From positions 596,323 to 660,322 of the forward strand of contig MU004194.1 in NCBI GenBank assembly GCA_010093605.1: a stretch of DNA of 64,000 nt, read 5' to 3'. The notes beneath the pieces are model-generated. The model searched no databases and was not told the origin of the DNA. It worked only from the letters and a program-made list of their open reading frames with translations. A program made the translations under genes and the position numbers. Source of the stretch: Lophium mytilinum. Its lineage: Eukaryota. Positions 27,270-40,483 of the stretch are shown piece after piece (position 1 is the stretch's first letter; each line of letters starts with the position of its first letter).

Positions 27270-30068
27270 ATGGCTGCTCCCCAGGCGCGAGCACCCTCCA
27301 AGAACCGGGCCAGCCGTCGCATTTCTTCCTTCTTCTCCTCTGCTTCTTCCGCTTCCGACTCCAGCTCTCTGGCGACTTCGGATTCAGTGCGTTCGGCTCA
27401 GTCTTCGAGCCGCCTGGCCCCGGAGGACAGCACAGCAGCATGGCAACCTCCACCACAACCTATCCGCAAGCTCACCAAAGAACGCGTCGTCTCTCATAAC
27501 TCTGCTCCCGCATACCCTCCACCACCTCCGCCTCCGGCTGCTAGCTTGACGGGCCCGCCCAGCATTACCCCCGTGCATGCCGAACCAGCCAGTACCCTCC
27601 AGCCTCCTTCGATTTCTACGACACCTCCCCTGCTTGCATCGCAACCTCCAAGCCGCGCCAGCAGCCGACCCCAGACGCCTATTGCAGGGAACCTCATAAT
27701 ACCGGAAACTCTCCCTACCCACACACACGACAAGAAGACAAAGAGGAAGAGTTTCTTGTTCGGCGCGCGGGGCAGTAATGACCATGTCCACGATGCAAGA
27801 TCGGGAGGACAAGATCCGCTGGCGTGGGTTATAGGGCATCAAGGTAAGGTGCAATACAACCTGTCCATTCTGATGGGGGCTGAGAAGGTATGTCGACGTC
27901 ATTCGCTTAAGCACTAGAAACTTGGGTCGGCGTGCTGACAGGACCAGGTACCGGAACTCTGGGACGAGAATGGAGACACTTTCGTGTACCTGTTCCCACG
28001 GAACTCAGGGAAAGGGCCCTCGTTCCGCGTTGATTCTTCCGTATACTCCTCCTCTCCAAGATTAACCAAATTGGCATTCGGCAGACTTTACAGCGAAGGC
28101 GGCGCCGATCGATCCGTGTCTAATCCTGCTCCACCACGACCAGCATCTCGGCCGTCATCTCGGCCGTCTTCTCGACCTGCATCTCGGCAGACGTCTCGAC
28201 CGGTTTCCCCTGACCAAAGCAACCATGATAGCGTTCAGGGGAGCTCTGACGGTTCCAAAGGATCGAGGACCCTAAGCGACACCACCGATGACATTCCCAC
28301 CGAAACTCATCTGTATATACCCATTGCTTTGAGCACTGATACTGCGCCTACCTTTGCAAATGCTCCAGAGCCGCATCTCAATACTGCCGACGTGGACAAA
28401 TTGATTGCCTACAGGAACTTCTTTGCATTTCTCCTAGGCCAATCGCTAGTGGCCACAGAGCGAAATTCGTCCATGTTTGACATCTTCCTAAGGATCTCGG
28501 ATATACTGGAATATTATGAATTCTCCAATCTCGACGGTTCATCCTATGGAGAAGTTGCTGCGGGGAGTTTCGACAGTTACGTTGACGAATTACACCTTGC
28601 GGATGTACGCAAAAGCCGAGAAAAGAACATCGAAGCCATTGTGCTCGGCGAGCGGATGCGATCGACCATGCTATACAACGAAGGATTCGTCCATGCAGCG
28701 GGAAGATGGGAAGACATCAAGAAGTGCAACAGCTCCAAATTCCACTTGATCAAGCCACTCACTCTAAATCGAATAGAAAGAGCTGCCATGGATCTGGAAG
28801 ATCGCCTGAAGACTGTGACTTCAAGATTGGAGGACTTCGATTTCCCCTCCGTTTTTGCAGGCATTATGAACAGCAAAATGGCCGAAGAAGGCAAGATAGT
28901 TCGATTCGAGGCCTGGAAAACTGGATTCCTGGCCGCCCGTAAACACGTATATTCCTACTACAAAGGCAAGTATGGGTCATGGCCGCCCAAGGCATCCTCC
29001 AAAAAGAACAACCTAGAAATTAGTGGCATGAACCGCCTGGTCTTACTGGATGTCTACCATGACGTTTCGTGTCTCTACGATCTACTGGTCGATCGGGACC
29101 ATATGACCACGCGGACAGCCGATGGTCTAATGGAAGACGAAGAAGCACACGACATTCCGGCTGTGACAATACGTGCACTTCGTAAGGCTTTGAGCGAGTA
29201 CGATCGCAGCTCTCCTCCAGTACAACCCCCAGTACCCTTCGACGTGCCACGCTGGCCTAGTCTGAAAGGTGTGAAAAAAGATTATGGCCTTGGAGACGAG
29301 AAGAAAGATACTAAAGCACGAAACAAAAAGCTCAAGGAAGATGAAATATCTAAAGCTCTAGAGAACTCATACAACAAGGACTCAATTCTATCGACCCGAT
29401 TTCTAGACAGCTTCCGCGAGTTCGAGCGTAAGGCTGCCAAGGGAAAGACTCTCCAAGAGATCTGCGACCAGCGGACTGGCCAGTGGATGTTCATGTACGC
29501 TGTCATCCAAGCACTGCCAATGGTAGTAATCGACGCATCAGGTATTCACTGGACCGATGGAGTCGAATACTTCCTCTGCCAACCACCACGATCCGGCGTT
29601 CCGTGGGCACGCGAAGATCTTAGCGCGCAACGCAGCTGGTTCGGTGTAGCTGGAACTTCCAATGTCATACATTTGCCTTCCGATGTCGTCGAGCACGGCG
29701 TTGAGGCCATTTACCTTCGTAGCCACTGCTGGCAGATGTCCCACAAATGGACTGAGGGTAAGCCCTTGATGGCTGCCGCGCTCCTAGAGACCATGCAGGA
29801 TTCTGTCCTCCCCGATCCGGGCCTACTGCAGCCTCCAGGTGGCATCGGACGGACAGGAAGCCCTGATAGGCGACGCGAAAGTGTGATGAATCTTGGCCTG
29901 GAGGCGTTGCCCGTGCCGGCCGGCGCTGTGAATCCGGCAATGAGGCCTGCCTCAAGCAACGATCCGACGAAGACTTTCGACGCTATACTTGAGTCCACCG
30001 CGGCTGAGAATGCCAAGAAGGCAGAGCATGCCAAAGAAAAACATAAGGGCAAGAAGAACAAAAAGTAG
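27270..30068 (+). CDS. Conserved hypothetical fungal protein with a Pro/Ser-rich N-terminus, 2 exons
   Basis: ORF 27270-27887 is joined through a GTATGT...GCTGAC...CAG intron (27888-27947) to VPELWDENGDTFVYLFP... and the 694-aa ORF. It ends in a basic tail, KHKGKKNKK. Confidence 0.8.
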
Positions 30069-31142
30069 TCGTAGGTGTAGGATATGTGGAGCGCATTATT
30101 AGCGTAGGGCCGTTTTCATTTTGTCTACATGTCGTGTTTTGGTTGTCTCTCTGTATTACGATGCATGGGCTGCGGGTCGGGCTTTAAAATCAATCATGAA
30201 TACCCTATTCCTCACTTTGGATTGATTTTTCGTAGATTTCTTACTGTTGCGAGCATAGTCGGAGCTCCTAAAATAATGTATAAACATGGAGTTTGGTTCC
30301 TGGGTGGTATTTTCTTGCGTTCACCTTTCATAAATCATCAATCAAACTTATTATGAGTCAGTCATTCATCTATAGTAATGCGTAGTGTATTGGAGTCTAC
30401 TGACGAGGGTATGCTAGATACCCCCCCTCAGATTCAATAACCGCTCTTCGACTCCTCTCTCCCAGCTTGTCCGGTGCCAACGGAGACTCTGAGGCTTAAA
30501 ACCTTTTAGACCTACTCTATTCCGAACGAGAACGAGCAGCTGCGTAGGACTCATAAACGCCGAATTACAATACAATATCTTGACCGGCCATCAAGCCATA
30601 GTCAGCATTGTAGGTTTTCCTCAAGTTTCAGCAGCGCTCTCCAATTCCATCACCCGATCCTTTGAGAGACACATCGGAGAAGTCACTCTTCTTTCTTGCA
30701 CTTGTCCCAGTTTTCTTTTAGTGGCCCTCAATCTAGTGTCCGAGACTTAAGCGTGGAATAAGTTTAGAGTGGTAAGAAAAGTAGGAAGGTATGTAGACTT
30801 TGAGCTCATGCCGCGGCGTCTCGGAGTGACGCCTCGCCCGACACCTACTCTGCCGAACTGTCAAAATAGCTAATCCTTCTACACGCGAACTTGGCAGCGA
30901 ATGCTTCTACATACACGCGACCTTGGCAGTTGACGCTATGGCATATCTGAAGGAATACCTGCAGGGTTGCAAGGAAAGTCTAATTGTGCTCAGTGATCTT
31001 CTGAAACCATCGGAGAATAATTTCCGATAATCCATCGAACTGATTACTTCAAAATTTCCGGTGCCAAGCTTTGAGCATCTAACACCAGAGTAACTAGTCC
31101 ATATCTAACAGGCCTTTTCTCGGCTTCAAGTACGCAAATGTA

Positions 31143-32489
31143 TCATACGACCGGGTCCGCTTTAGGAAGAGGTCCCGCGTTGAAGTATTTCCAGCACTGT
31201 ACACATTTCGCTACCATGTCAGCCGACTTCTTGTTAAATTGCGTGTGCCTCTTTCCATCTTCGAGATGAAGTACGCTTTTGTTCTGTGTTATCAATTAGT
31301 CAGGGTCTTTTTCATTCTCCTAATAGCACTTACGAGGCCAAGAGTCAAATCAATACCTCCCTCCCACCATTGAGCTTGATACTCGGTCAGAGGCTTTCCC
31401 TTGATAGCTAGGACGATGTTATCCGCTACAACCGTTGCCTGCTCCATGGTAGAGCGGCTATTGCCATATCCACCAGCCTCTGCGACATCGCCAGCAGCAT
31501 AGACGTTTCTCAACTCATCGTCCTCAATCTGCAGCGTCGGTCTGACCTTCACATATCCTGATTGGGATATCGCGTTTGGCGCTAGCTTCGCAATAACACC
31601 CGAGGACGGTTTCTGGCCGGTGCAATTGATCTATACCAGTTAGGAGACGAACCCAAAGTCGCAAAGTCAGCGATGAACCCACCACCAAGTCATACTCCAC
31701 CGTCTCTCCACTACCAAGAGCTATACTCCCACTACTCTCCCCCGTCAAAACGGGCCTCTCCCCAAGCACGACTCTCACCCCAAGCCTCTCCAGCTCCCCC
31801 ATCGCCGTCTCATGCAAGCTGCTCCCAAACGCATGCAACAGCCGCGCCCGCGAATGAACCAACGTCACATTCTTCTTCGGATACAAGTCCTTCGCATCCG
31901 CCGCCAGCTCCACCCCCGCCGGCCCGCCCCCCACCACCACGACATCCCCCGCCTGCGCAATCTTCTCCTGCAGCCCTCTCAGCACCTTGACGGCATCGTC
32001 CCGCTCTTCCGCCCCCAGCCTCGACGGCGCCCCCGCCTGACACCCCGTCGCCAGCACCAAATACTCATACTCCACCACCTCCCCACTCCGCAAAACCACC
32101 GCGGCCCCACTCACATCCACCACCGCGTCGCGGATGAACGTGTAGCTGCCCTCGGGCGCGCTGCTGAGAGACGCCGCGTACGGGATAAACGCCTTCCACT
32201 CGCTGCCGCCGCCCACAACCGAAAACCGCGGAAACGCCCACGTGAAGTTGAAGTGCGAGTTCGGTTCGACTACGACGACGCGGTAGCCGCTGGGCAGCGA
32301 GTTGGCGAGGAGCCGCGCGGCGTGGTAGCCGGCGAAGGAGGCGCCGATGACGACGACGTTTTTCGGAGTTTCCGCGGGTTGGTAGGTCAGGCGGTGGATG
32401 CGGGCGGCGAGGGCGCGGGTGAGGGCGTCGGTGAGTTTTGAGAGGGCGAGGGGGAGGAATTTGGCGATTATGAGGGTTTTGGCGAGCAT
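31143..32489 (-). CDS. AIF/AMID (FSP1-like) FAD/NAD(P)H oxidoreductase, 3 exons
   Basis: VVVIGASFAG (FAD), YLVLATG, VVVVGGGPAGVELA (NAD) and VYAAGDV. The N-terminus is amphipathic. The last exon ends ...KADPVV* with TGA at 31143-31145. Confidence 0.9.
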
Positions 32490-33109
32490 TTTCTGTTGTT
32501 TGGGTTTTGGGGTGCAGGTGGTTGGGAGGAAAGGGGTGGGTCGATGATCTGATAAGATTGGGGGATGTTGGGTGAAGGGGATGGGAGAGGTATATCGTAG
32601 TCCCGCGAAATTTGGTATTTGATCGGCCGAGGGTAAAGTCCGAGCCGAGAGGAGGAAGGCCGGAGAGACCGCGGAGGCCCGGTGTCGCTCTTTTAATTGT
32701 ATGGTTTGGAGAAGTAGATTTGTCTTGGCTAGATATAAGACTCGGCTGCGACTCGGAGGGCGGATTTAATGCGCTTCTCCGCGACGGGATCGGAGGCGGG
32801 ATATTCCCAATTAGTGCCATACATCGCGATGATTCGTCTGATAGTTCACATGCCGTATTGATATCTTTGGCCCACTCAATCGAACTGGTGTTACGAGTAG
32901 TGACTCAAGTTGTAGTGCACCAGAATTCCAAATCAGAATCACATAGTTGCTAGGTAAGAATACTACCATAGCGTCTGACGCACGAGTCGTTACGTTACAA
33001 AAACCCAACCGCTATTTAAATCTATGCAAAGAACAAGAAAAGAGTCTAGATAAGATAAATCACAAAGGGGTATTATGCATCCTTCAAAGTCCCCAGCCCC
33101 TTCACCCCC

Positions 33110-33901
33110 TCAAGCCCAATACTGCCCACATTCCTCCGGCTTCACGCCTCTCCGATAAAGCTCCCTCGGCATCCCACTCGAATCACAGCTCGCAAACTTC
33201 CACCAACTCGGGTGCACCAAGGGAAGAATCCTCATCAGCGCCCACCTAACCGGCGGCGGGATAGGCGGAAAATCATGAATCCCGCCCTCGAACGTAACAT
33301 CATGATTCAGCAAAAACAGCGGCAGCTGCGTCGTCTTGCTCAAACTCCCCATCACCATCTCCACCTCCTTCTCCACAATCCCCTTGAGATCGAGGCTATC
33401 CCCGTACTCGCGCAGCGCGAGCAGCGTGGGGATCTCGTCGTTGAGATGCGTGGTTAGCGGCTCGAGGAAGGTGTCCATGATCGCGAGCATCGTTTTCGCG
33501 TCAAACGCCGCCACGTCGCCGGCTAGAAGAGTGGAGATGTACGCGCCCCATTTGTGCAGCCCGTCGTGGAAGGCTTCGTGCTGCGCGACGTTGACGCCCA
33601 TCAGGCCTTTCTGCCCCGTGGCTTCCTCGATGGCGGGGAAGGCGTGGGTTTCTTCGCCCATGTGGTGCGCTGCGAGGCCGTCGAAGGAGGCTTTGCAGTA
33701 GGAGAGGAAGGCGAAGTATTCGGAAGGGTGGACGTGGGGAGCTTGTAGATAGATGCCGTTGAAGGCGCGACTGATGATGTTGTGGACGAGGGCCATTTCG
33801 GAGGCGACTTGAGTGTATTGGTCTGAAAGGCCGGTTTGGAAGAAGGGCGTGGGAATGATCTTCATGGGGCCGGATTCCCAGGTAAATTTGGGGGAGGCCA
33901 T
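33110..33901 (-). CDS. Hemerythrin/HHE cation-binding domain protein, intronless
   Basis: Di-metal ligand pattern MALVHN...HHMGEE...QHEAFH...HLNDEI. Confidence 0.88.
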   Translation of the reverse strand: MASPKFTWESGPMKIIPTPFFQTGLSDQYTQVASEMALVHNIISRAFNGIYLQAPHVHPSEYFAFLSYCKASFDGLAAHHMGEETHAFPAIEEATGQKGLMGVNVAQHEAFHDGLHKWGAYISTLLAGDVAAFDAKTMLAIMDTFLEPLTTHLNDEIPTLLALREYGDSLDLKGIVEKEVEMVMGSLSKTTQLPLFLLNHDVTFEGGIHDFPPIPPPVRWALMRILPLVHPSWWKFASCDSSGMPRELYRRGVKPEECGQYWA

Positions 33902-35877
33902 TTTTCGGTGTAGTGGGTGGGGATTGTAATAGATTGAGGTCTGAACAATGAACTAAGAGCTATGAAGAAGAGCACGGGGGAATGAGACGCCGCTTGAGTG
34001 GATAGCTTGTATGACAATCACGGCAGGTTATCACGGTCCTGCTTTATACTTGAATCTCGAGTCTTCATCGGAGCCTTGTATTGTGACCTGACTTCTCGGC
34101 CATGCCGCCAAAGCCATCTCAGCGATGTAATAATGGAGCTGATTTTAGAATCATTACCTGATCCAAAGACTCTAATTGAGAAGTCAATTTCCCACACATG
34201 GAGAGCCAGGAGCCATTCGAGGCTTCGTTGCCCCCCAGCGGTGAGGTGTGCGAAGATTAAGATGACCGCCTAGCGTTGGCATGGAGGGATGGATGAGGCT
34301 GAACAGGTTTCTATACCTCGCTTTGGAAGGAAGGCTTCTGGAATGCTTCTAAGGACTCGGCGCTACCTGCTCCTGGTGCTTGGTAGTGACCGAACGGGTA
34401 AGTAGAAGCACAATGGCAGTGCGGTGGCTTCCAGCTGCCGACGGCTGAGCTCATCAGCTGCGGCACTATAGAATGTGTGGCGCTTTATCGAGCGCTAGCC
34501 AATAATGGGACAGAGATGCGAGACACGAGTAAGCGGATGGTGCATCAGTAAGCTTCTTGCGCATTGTGATGTTCTGTGGGAGTCGTGGGCTTGGATGAGG
34601 GGCAAACTCCTGTCTGGACATCCTGCAGCGCTATGAGGCCTGTCAAAAATGATATTTTCCGATTAATGACAATGCACTAGAGATACTCCAGCGGTGCTGG
34701 GTAGGTGTACACACAGGACCCAGAGAGAATGTGCATAATTCTGGTTTACCGTATGATTTCGCACACATTCGCGGGCTACCACTTGTTCTCCGGAGCTTAA
34801 CAGCGTTGTGAGAGCTCGGTATGCAGGAAAAGAAAGTTTATCGTGTTGGTGTTCTGAGGAGAAAGACGGATATACAGCTGCTGAGTAATCGGCCACACAG
34901 GAAGGGTGGGGCCGACAGCGTCACGATCAGAACCCGAAAGCAACAATACCATAGCATTAGCTCGTGTACATCTATATGACACCTTGAATGGTGCTTCAGG
35001 GCGCTTTTAGAGAACCATCAGCTATGAATCCATCGTTTGGCCTGACTGCTAACTTTGTCCAGGCTCCCACAGGGATCAATCTCCAACACGTCCGTTAAGA
35101 TAGGCCTCAATAGAAATCCGACCACAAATAAATGGACTTTAGTACTTTACTATAACGAAGTTTAAGCTTTTCCTAAGAGAGAAGTACCATTACATCACAC
35201 ATACTCGGCTGCATGAATCTTCAGTGTGGTCCCGGGATATGTTTCCGTGTAATTAAAATCAGCTAGCGAACACTCTCCGTGGGTTGAGGCAGTAAGCGAA
35301 CCAAGACAAGATGTGGGACTTTAAAGTCATCGTTTCAATGATATTGAGGAAGCAGCTATTGAGCTGCAGGAGAAACGCTATACGGGAAGGAGCCCGACAG
35401 CGCCGAAAGCGCACTTGCGCAACCAGCTTATCCGCACCCATTTCCAATCGGGTTGACTCTCTTCCACTTCCTGTCACTACTCCAGCTACCAGTCATGTTC
35501 ATCCGCTTCGTCGTCGGCTTTGCTGCCCTAAGTCTCCTCCCAGATCTTGCCAAGTCGGACACATGTTTTACGATAGCTCTTCACGAACGATGGCTACTTC
35601 AGACAAGATTACTTTAGCAGACTCAGAACAGCGGACTTTGCAAGAAGCGCAAGGGGTCAGTACGACTCCAACTTAAATTCTGCGAAGAGGACAGGCGGGT
35701 TCAAGACGTGAGTCGTGCTCAGAACATGCTTCAGGAGACAACGAGAAGCAAACGAGGAAGAAGACATAGACACGTTGATCAACAGATCCCGACCCTCCAA
35801 AAGCTACAGTCTAGACCGTCGATAACATCATCAAAGGGTATCCATAACGAGCCACATCCACACCATCCAGCCCCCCA

Positions 35878-36381
35878 TCAAATAAGCATCGCACCCACCG
35901 CCCCCACAGCCGCAACCCCGGCCGCGCCCAACACTCCCATGCCTCCAGCGCCCGGCGTCGCCCTAGCCGCCGCCGCCTCCGCCACGCTGCTCCAGATGCT
36001 AATTTCCGCCTTCTGCACATCGTGGTAATAGTTCTGCACATCATTGGGCAGGCGCGTGAACCACTTGGGCACGGTGGTGTAGGTAGTGGTGGTGCCGGTC
36101 GCGGTAACGACGTCGGGGACATCGGTCGCGGTCGCGAGCTGGTCGTGCACGACCTGAGTGTAAGAAGCGTACTTGGGGTCGGCGGTGAGGTGCGTCAGGT
36201 AGGTGGACAAGGCCTTGGAGATCTCAGAGAGCTTCTTGTTTTCCCATTTTGTGGCGGCGGCTTCGTTCTTGAAGGTTGTGCTCAGGTCGAGACTGTAGGT
36301 TGTTGTGACGATGACCCAGTTGGCGGAGATGAGGGTTGTGAAGGAGAGGAAGAGGGCAGCGAGGAGGGTTGAGGAATGCAT
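35878..36381 (-). CDS. Small secreted Thr/Ala-rich, probably GPI-anchored protein (167 aa)
   Basis: Signal peptide MHSSTLLAALFLSFTTLISA, TYTTVPKWFTRLP, and a hydrophobic C-terminal tail (GVLGAAGVAAVGAVGAMLI) after small residues. Confidence 0.8.
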   Translation of the reverse strand: MHSSTLLAALFLSFTTLISANWVIVTTTYSLDLSTTFKNEAAATKWENKKLSEISKALSTYLTHLTADPKYASYTQVVHDQLATATDVPDVVTATGTTTTYTTVPKWFTRLPNDVQNYYHDVQKAEISIWSSVAEAAAARATPGAGGMGVLGAAGVAAVGAVGAMLI

Positions 36382-37992
36382 GGCGAGTGCAAGTGGGAAG
36401 GTTGGTTCTAGGAAGTGGTGGCTTTTGGGTGTTTTGGTTCTTTTGTTTGATAGTTGCGATGATAGAGGGGATGGCCGCATTTATATCTACTGGTCAAGCG
36501 CGCTTGTACCGCAAGAAGAGTCACCTTGTATGCTATTTAGCTATGCTGAGGCGCAGGCTGCTGAGGCCCATGTTAGGCTGTGAATTGACTGGGTAGGACG
36601 GCAATAGATTGATCTTTTAGGCAACATCGGGCGCTTTCCTGGGGTTGATGTAACCGCCAATGCTGCTATTGGTCCATATCGACATAGAGGATTCGGCCCC
36701 ATGCTGTCGATCTGGTATGAACCCGCGCGCGAGGCTCACTGCACACATCGATGTTCTCTCACCTGACAGTTTGAGGTAGTCTCTTCTACTAACGAAGTGT
36801 CCTTCTTGGTAGTAACATGTAGTTGTACTCTCCCAAGTACCTAGGTAGCCACTGCAGGCAGACTGAACCATGATTAATGAGACGAATAGAGAGTATCAAC
36901 AGGTATCTAGACCGAGTATGCCACCTAGAAATCAGCCTTGCCGATGTTTTTGGAGCATTAGAGCCGGCGTATCAGGTCGAAGTCTGCCCGCCGCCTGCGC
37001 CAAGCGCCATCTTTTCCCGCACCAGCACGCTCTCGGTTAGCTAACTCTATTTTCAGCCTTGCTGTGCCCTGTGCCACACCCCGAGGTTCGACGGCCAAGG
37101 GCTTGGAGCATCCTCGAAATTTCATCATTTGATCTTGTGATCAGGCATGGGGTGTCCACGGTAACAAACGAGACAGCGAGATACCGCCGCCTGAAGTAGC
37201 TCGGCACACTTTACCGATTATTTTCGAAACGGGATTGCCAGGAGTCGTAAAAGCACGTGAAAAAGGTACTCCATGCAGCGGTACCTAGGTACTTAGTAGA
37301 CAAGATTGCAATGCTTTCAGTGGTCAGAGGTCCATAATGCCTTCTACACGACTATTTCCATTCGAGCCTGGTAAAATTGAAAGTTGAAAAGGGCACTAAA
37401 TGTTTCCACGAAGGCAATTGACAAATTGTCCCCCATGCATTACTTCTAAAGGTAGGTCTTGGCGCGGGAGTGGGACAAAGTGTCGAGTCGAGAGCCCGAT
37501 GGCGACAGCTCAACGACCAATAAGTCTTGGCGGAGGAAAAATTTGGTGAAGGTGTCACGAGATTCGTCCCGCGCAGAAGAATCATGCCGGTCGGCCAAAT
37601 TGTGGCTAAGAAACCTCGTATAGAATTATGAAGTTACATAAATAATTTTTCAGATCGTCGTTGGGCACGACGCGGTCGAACAAAGCACTGAGGTAGGTAT
37701 CACGTGATTGAGGCTAAGTCAAATCAATATTCAATATTTCTTCGGCCGTTGAGGCCGCTCAACTCCATTCGGAGGAGGATGAAACGCCAAAATATGGCCG
37801 TTCAAAGCATGTGTTGAATACTTGGCTTGAAAACTCAACCATGCCCCGTTGGCTGTCCCAAACACCGACCCAAATGCATAACTTTAGATCGTGGAGGATC
37901 TATTTTTGGCGCCTTTCCATTCGTCGACGTCGTGGTCTCGTAAATTGTTGAAATACACGAGCGAGTGCACTCTGGCACGCTCTAAGAGAGCT

Positions 37993-39328
37993 CTATTTCG
38001 AGGAATAGGTCTGCTTTGGCTGTGGGTATCTGTGTTGGGGTAAGCTATGATGTACCGCATGAGTGATTACAAGACGCTTACGAGGGACCGAGTTCCTGGA
38101 TGCTGAGCTTGGCGAGCCATTGGCCCAAGTCGATAGATTCCTTGATGGACTTGCCTTCGACAAGGCCAGCTGCGAATCCACCAGCAAAAGCGTCACTGTG
38201 GTGGGCTTCTGTCAGTGTTCATACCAATAGTGTAGTGGAGGTTCACTTACCCAGCGCCGTTAGTGTCATTGATTTGGGACTTCGCGATCGCGTGAACCGG
38301 GACCTCAACAATCTCAACGTCTCCGCCTTCCTTGCCGATGACCGCAATGCTGGGGTCAAGTCCTTGCGTGATAATCACGGTTCGTGGACGCTTTGTGTTC
38401 TTCTTTGGCAGAGCGACTATCGCCTTGGCGATCTCCTTTAGATCAGTCGTTCCAAGCGCGTGAGATTCGGCATATGCAAGCGCCTCGGTCTCATTTCCAA
38501 TGAGAATGTCCCAGTACGGGGAGGTAGAGTCAAGTTGTTCCTTGAAGAACTGAGCAATGAAAGGCGCAGACAGGTTGAGAATGAAGAGCTAGAACGGAGT
38601 TAGTCAGAATGTTCTCTCATCAAGAATCGTCAAGTATCGTACTTTGTCCTTAGCAGCAGCCTCCTCGCCCAAGTCCAAGATCGCTGGGACGGACACAGTC
38701 AGATGGTATCCTCCGACATAGTAGATCTTCGCCTGCTCGACGAGCTTCCAGACCTCTGGGCTCTTCAAGTGCTCGGGCTTGTAGCAGTTCGCAGCCGCGA
38801 GATCGGTGCAGAGGCTTCGGTCGTGTCCGGTAATGACCACACCACACCGTCCGGTGGGCTGTTCCTCGTCGTAGCGGTACTCCACGCGCAGGCCGGCTTC
38901 GTTGCAGATATCCTTGAGCATCTGGCCATACTTGTCTTTGCCGACGCAGCCAACATAGACTACCGAGTTGGGAGGGAGGATGTACTACAGCAGAGACGAC
39001 GTTAGTAACTCGTTGTATTCCAATTGACCGATGCTGTAACTTGCCTGAGCACCTCTGGCAGTGTTCTGCGCAGCTCCACCAGCAATAACCTTTGCGTCGT
39101 GGTTCTGTAGCAAGTCCTCGTACAGACCCATGTGCTTTTCCTCGGCCAGAATGGCATCGTTGGCCTTCAGGCCGTACTTCTCGAGGAGCTTTGCATCGCT
39201 GTACGGAAATCAGCCATTGAGACTCCAGATGGTTAGCCTTTTGCTAGGAATCATACGCACCCGACCCCTTGGATGTCGAGCAATGGGTTCTCCAGGCAGA
39301 AGAGCTCGTAGTTTCCGGTTGAGGCCAT
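37993..39328 (-). CDS. ADO1: Adenosine kinase (PfkB family), multi-exon
   Basis: LFCLENPLLDIQG, GGAAQNTARG, TGRCGVVITG, IGNETEA, DTNGAGDAFAGGF and SIQELGPSYP. In-frame upstream ATGs lie at 39448, 39511 and 39559. Confidence 0.96.
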
Positions 39329-40483
39329 CGTGGTAATTCGTTGTTGGTGGGGAGTGCAGTTGGTGGGGTGAAATGAAGCAAGAAATTGTCGGGAGCCGGA
39401 ACGAGACCTGCAGTGCCCAAAGTCCGCAAGCTGACTACTCCATCTCATCCCCGACGTCGCGCGTGGAATCAATCGCCATGCTTGTGAGTACGAAAACCTT
39501 AAGGATGCCATTGATACAATTGGATTCGTTCTATGAAGAAGACGTGGACTTGGTAGCATCTCTCTCTGTCACCCAAGCCTAGTCCCGAACTCACCTGAGA
39601 TCAGGAGATCCCTTAAAGAGCCGTCTCCCTCACATACTTCATCGTCGAACAAAAACCCTCCAATGTCAGTCATGGCAAAGTGATAGGTTCTCTAAAACAG
39701 AATATACGGTAGGTCAGCAAAAGTTCACCGATGGTTCGGGGTAGTCCCTTGCCGCCTTTCTATTCATCTATCTGAGCGTGTAAAGGGTGCGCTTATAGGC
39801 AGAGTCCTGCGCGGGATAGGGAGGTTGAGCTTCTCTTTCGGCCTGCTGCTTCCTATTAAACCCCTTATAAACACCAACAAAGTATTCATATTAATTTGTC
39901 TATACAATCGAAGAGACGGTAAGTCGGCGAAAAATTCACGGAGGGACGTTGGTCCGACGGTGCTGATGCTCTTGATCTTCGCCAGTAATACTGCAAGAAT
40001 TGTTCTCAAACCTTTGTATGGAGGGTCATTCTCCCTGTCGTTTCGTCGATCGTGGGAAGCTTAACTGCAAATGTCCGATTGAAGATGACATGGCTCTTAT
40101 TTTAAGAATTACTAAGTAAAGTGTCCCCCAGATTCCAACCTCCTCACATCTCTCATCGGACAACTCCCGGACGAGGAACAAGTATAAAGAGGCCCAGCTT
40201 CTCAAATTATCGAGCTCGTTGAGTATTTACTCTTGCAACCATCCATGGTCCAACAATAGTCCCTCTGTCACCGATGCTAAATAGACGAGAATATTAAGCC
40301 CATCAAGCCAATATCGACGCCACCAGCCCCTCTTTCAGCCTCAGCTGATAAGCAAGCTTTCCAAGAAAAAGACCTGTACTTGAAAGCATCCTGTGCTTTA
40401 CCCTAAGCTTCAACCCCGCCGCGTCCTGGAACCTTTATACTCATCCTCCACAACGCCATACTCCCACTTAAGGCTCTTCAACC

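Noticed and set aside
28137..28203. 12-nt RPxS coding repeats
   Set aside because: This is ordinary low-complexity sequence in a disordered linker.
33990..35700. Gene-free 1.7 kb with a few GTAAG words and short ORFs
   Set aside because: No coherent spliced ORF or transposon hallmark could be assembled.
39764..40064. Short ORFs between ADO1 and the epimerase as a pseudogene or TE relic
   Set aside because: There is no recognisable motif, and the region lies in a divergent promoter.
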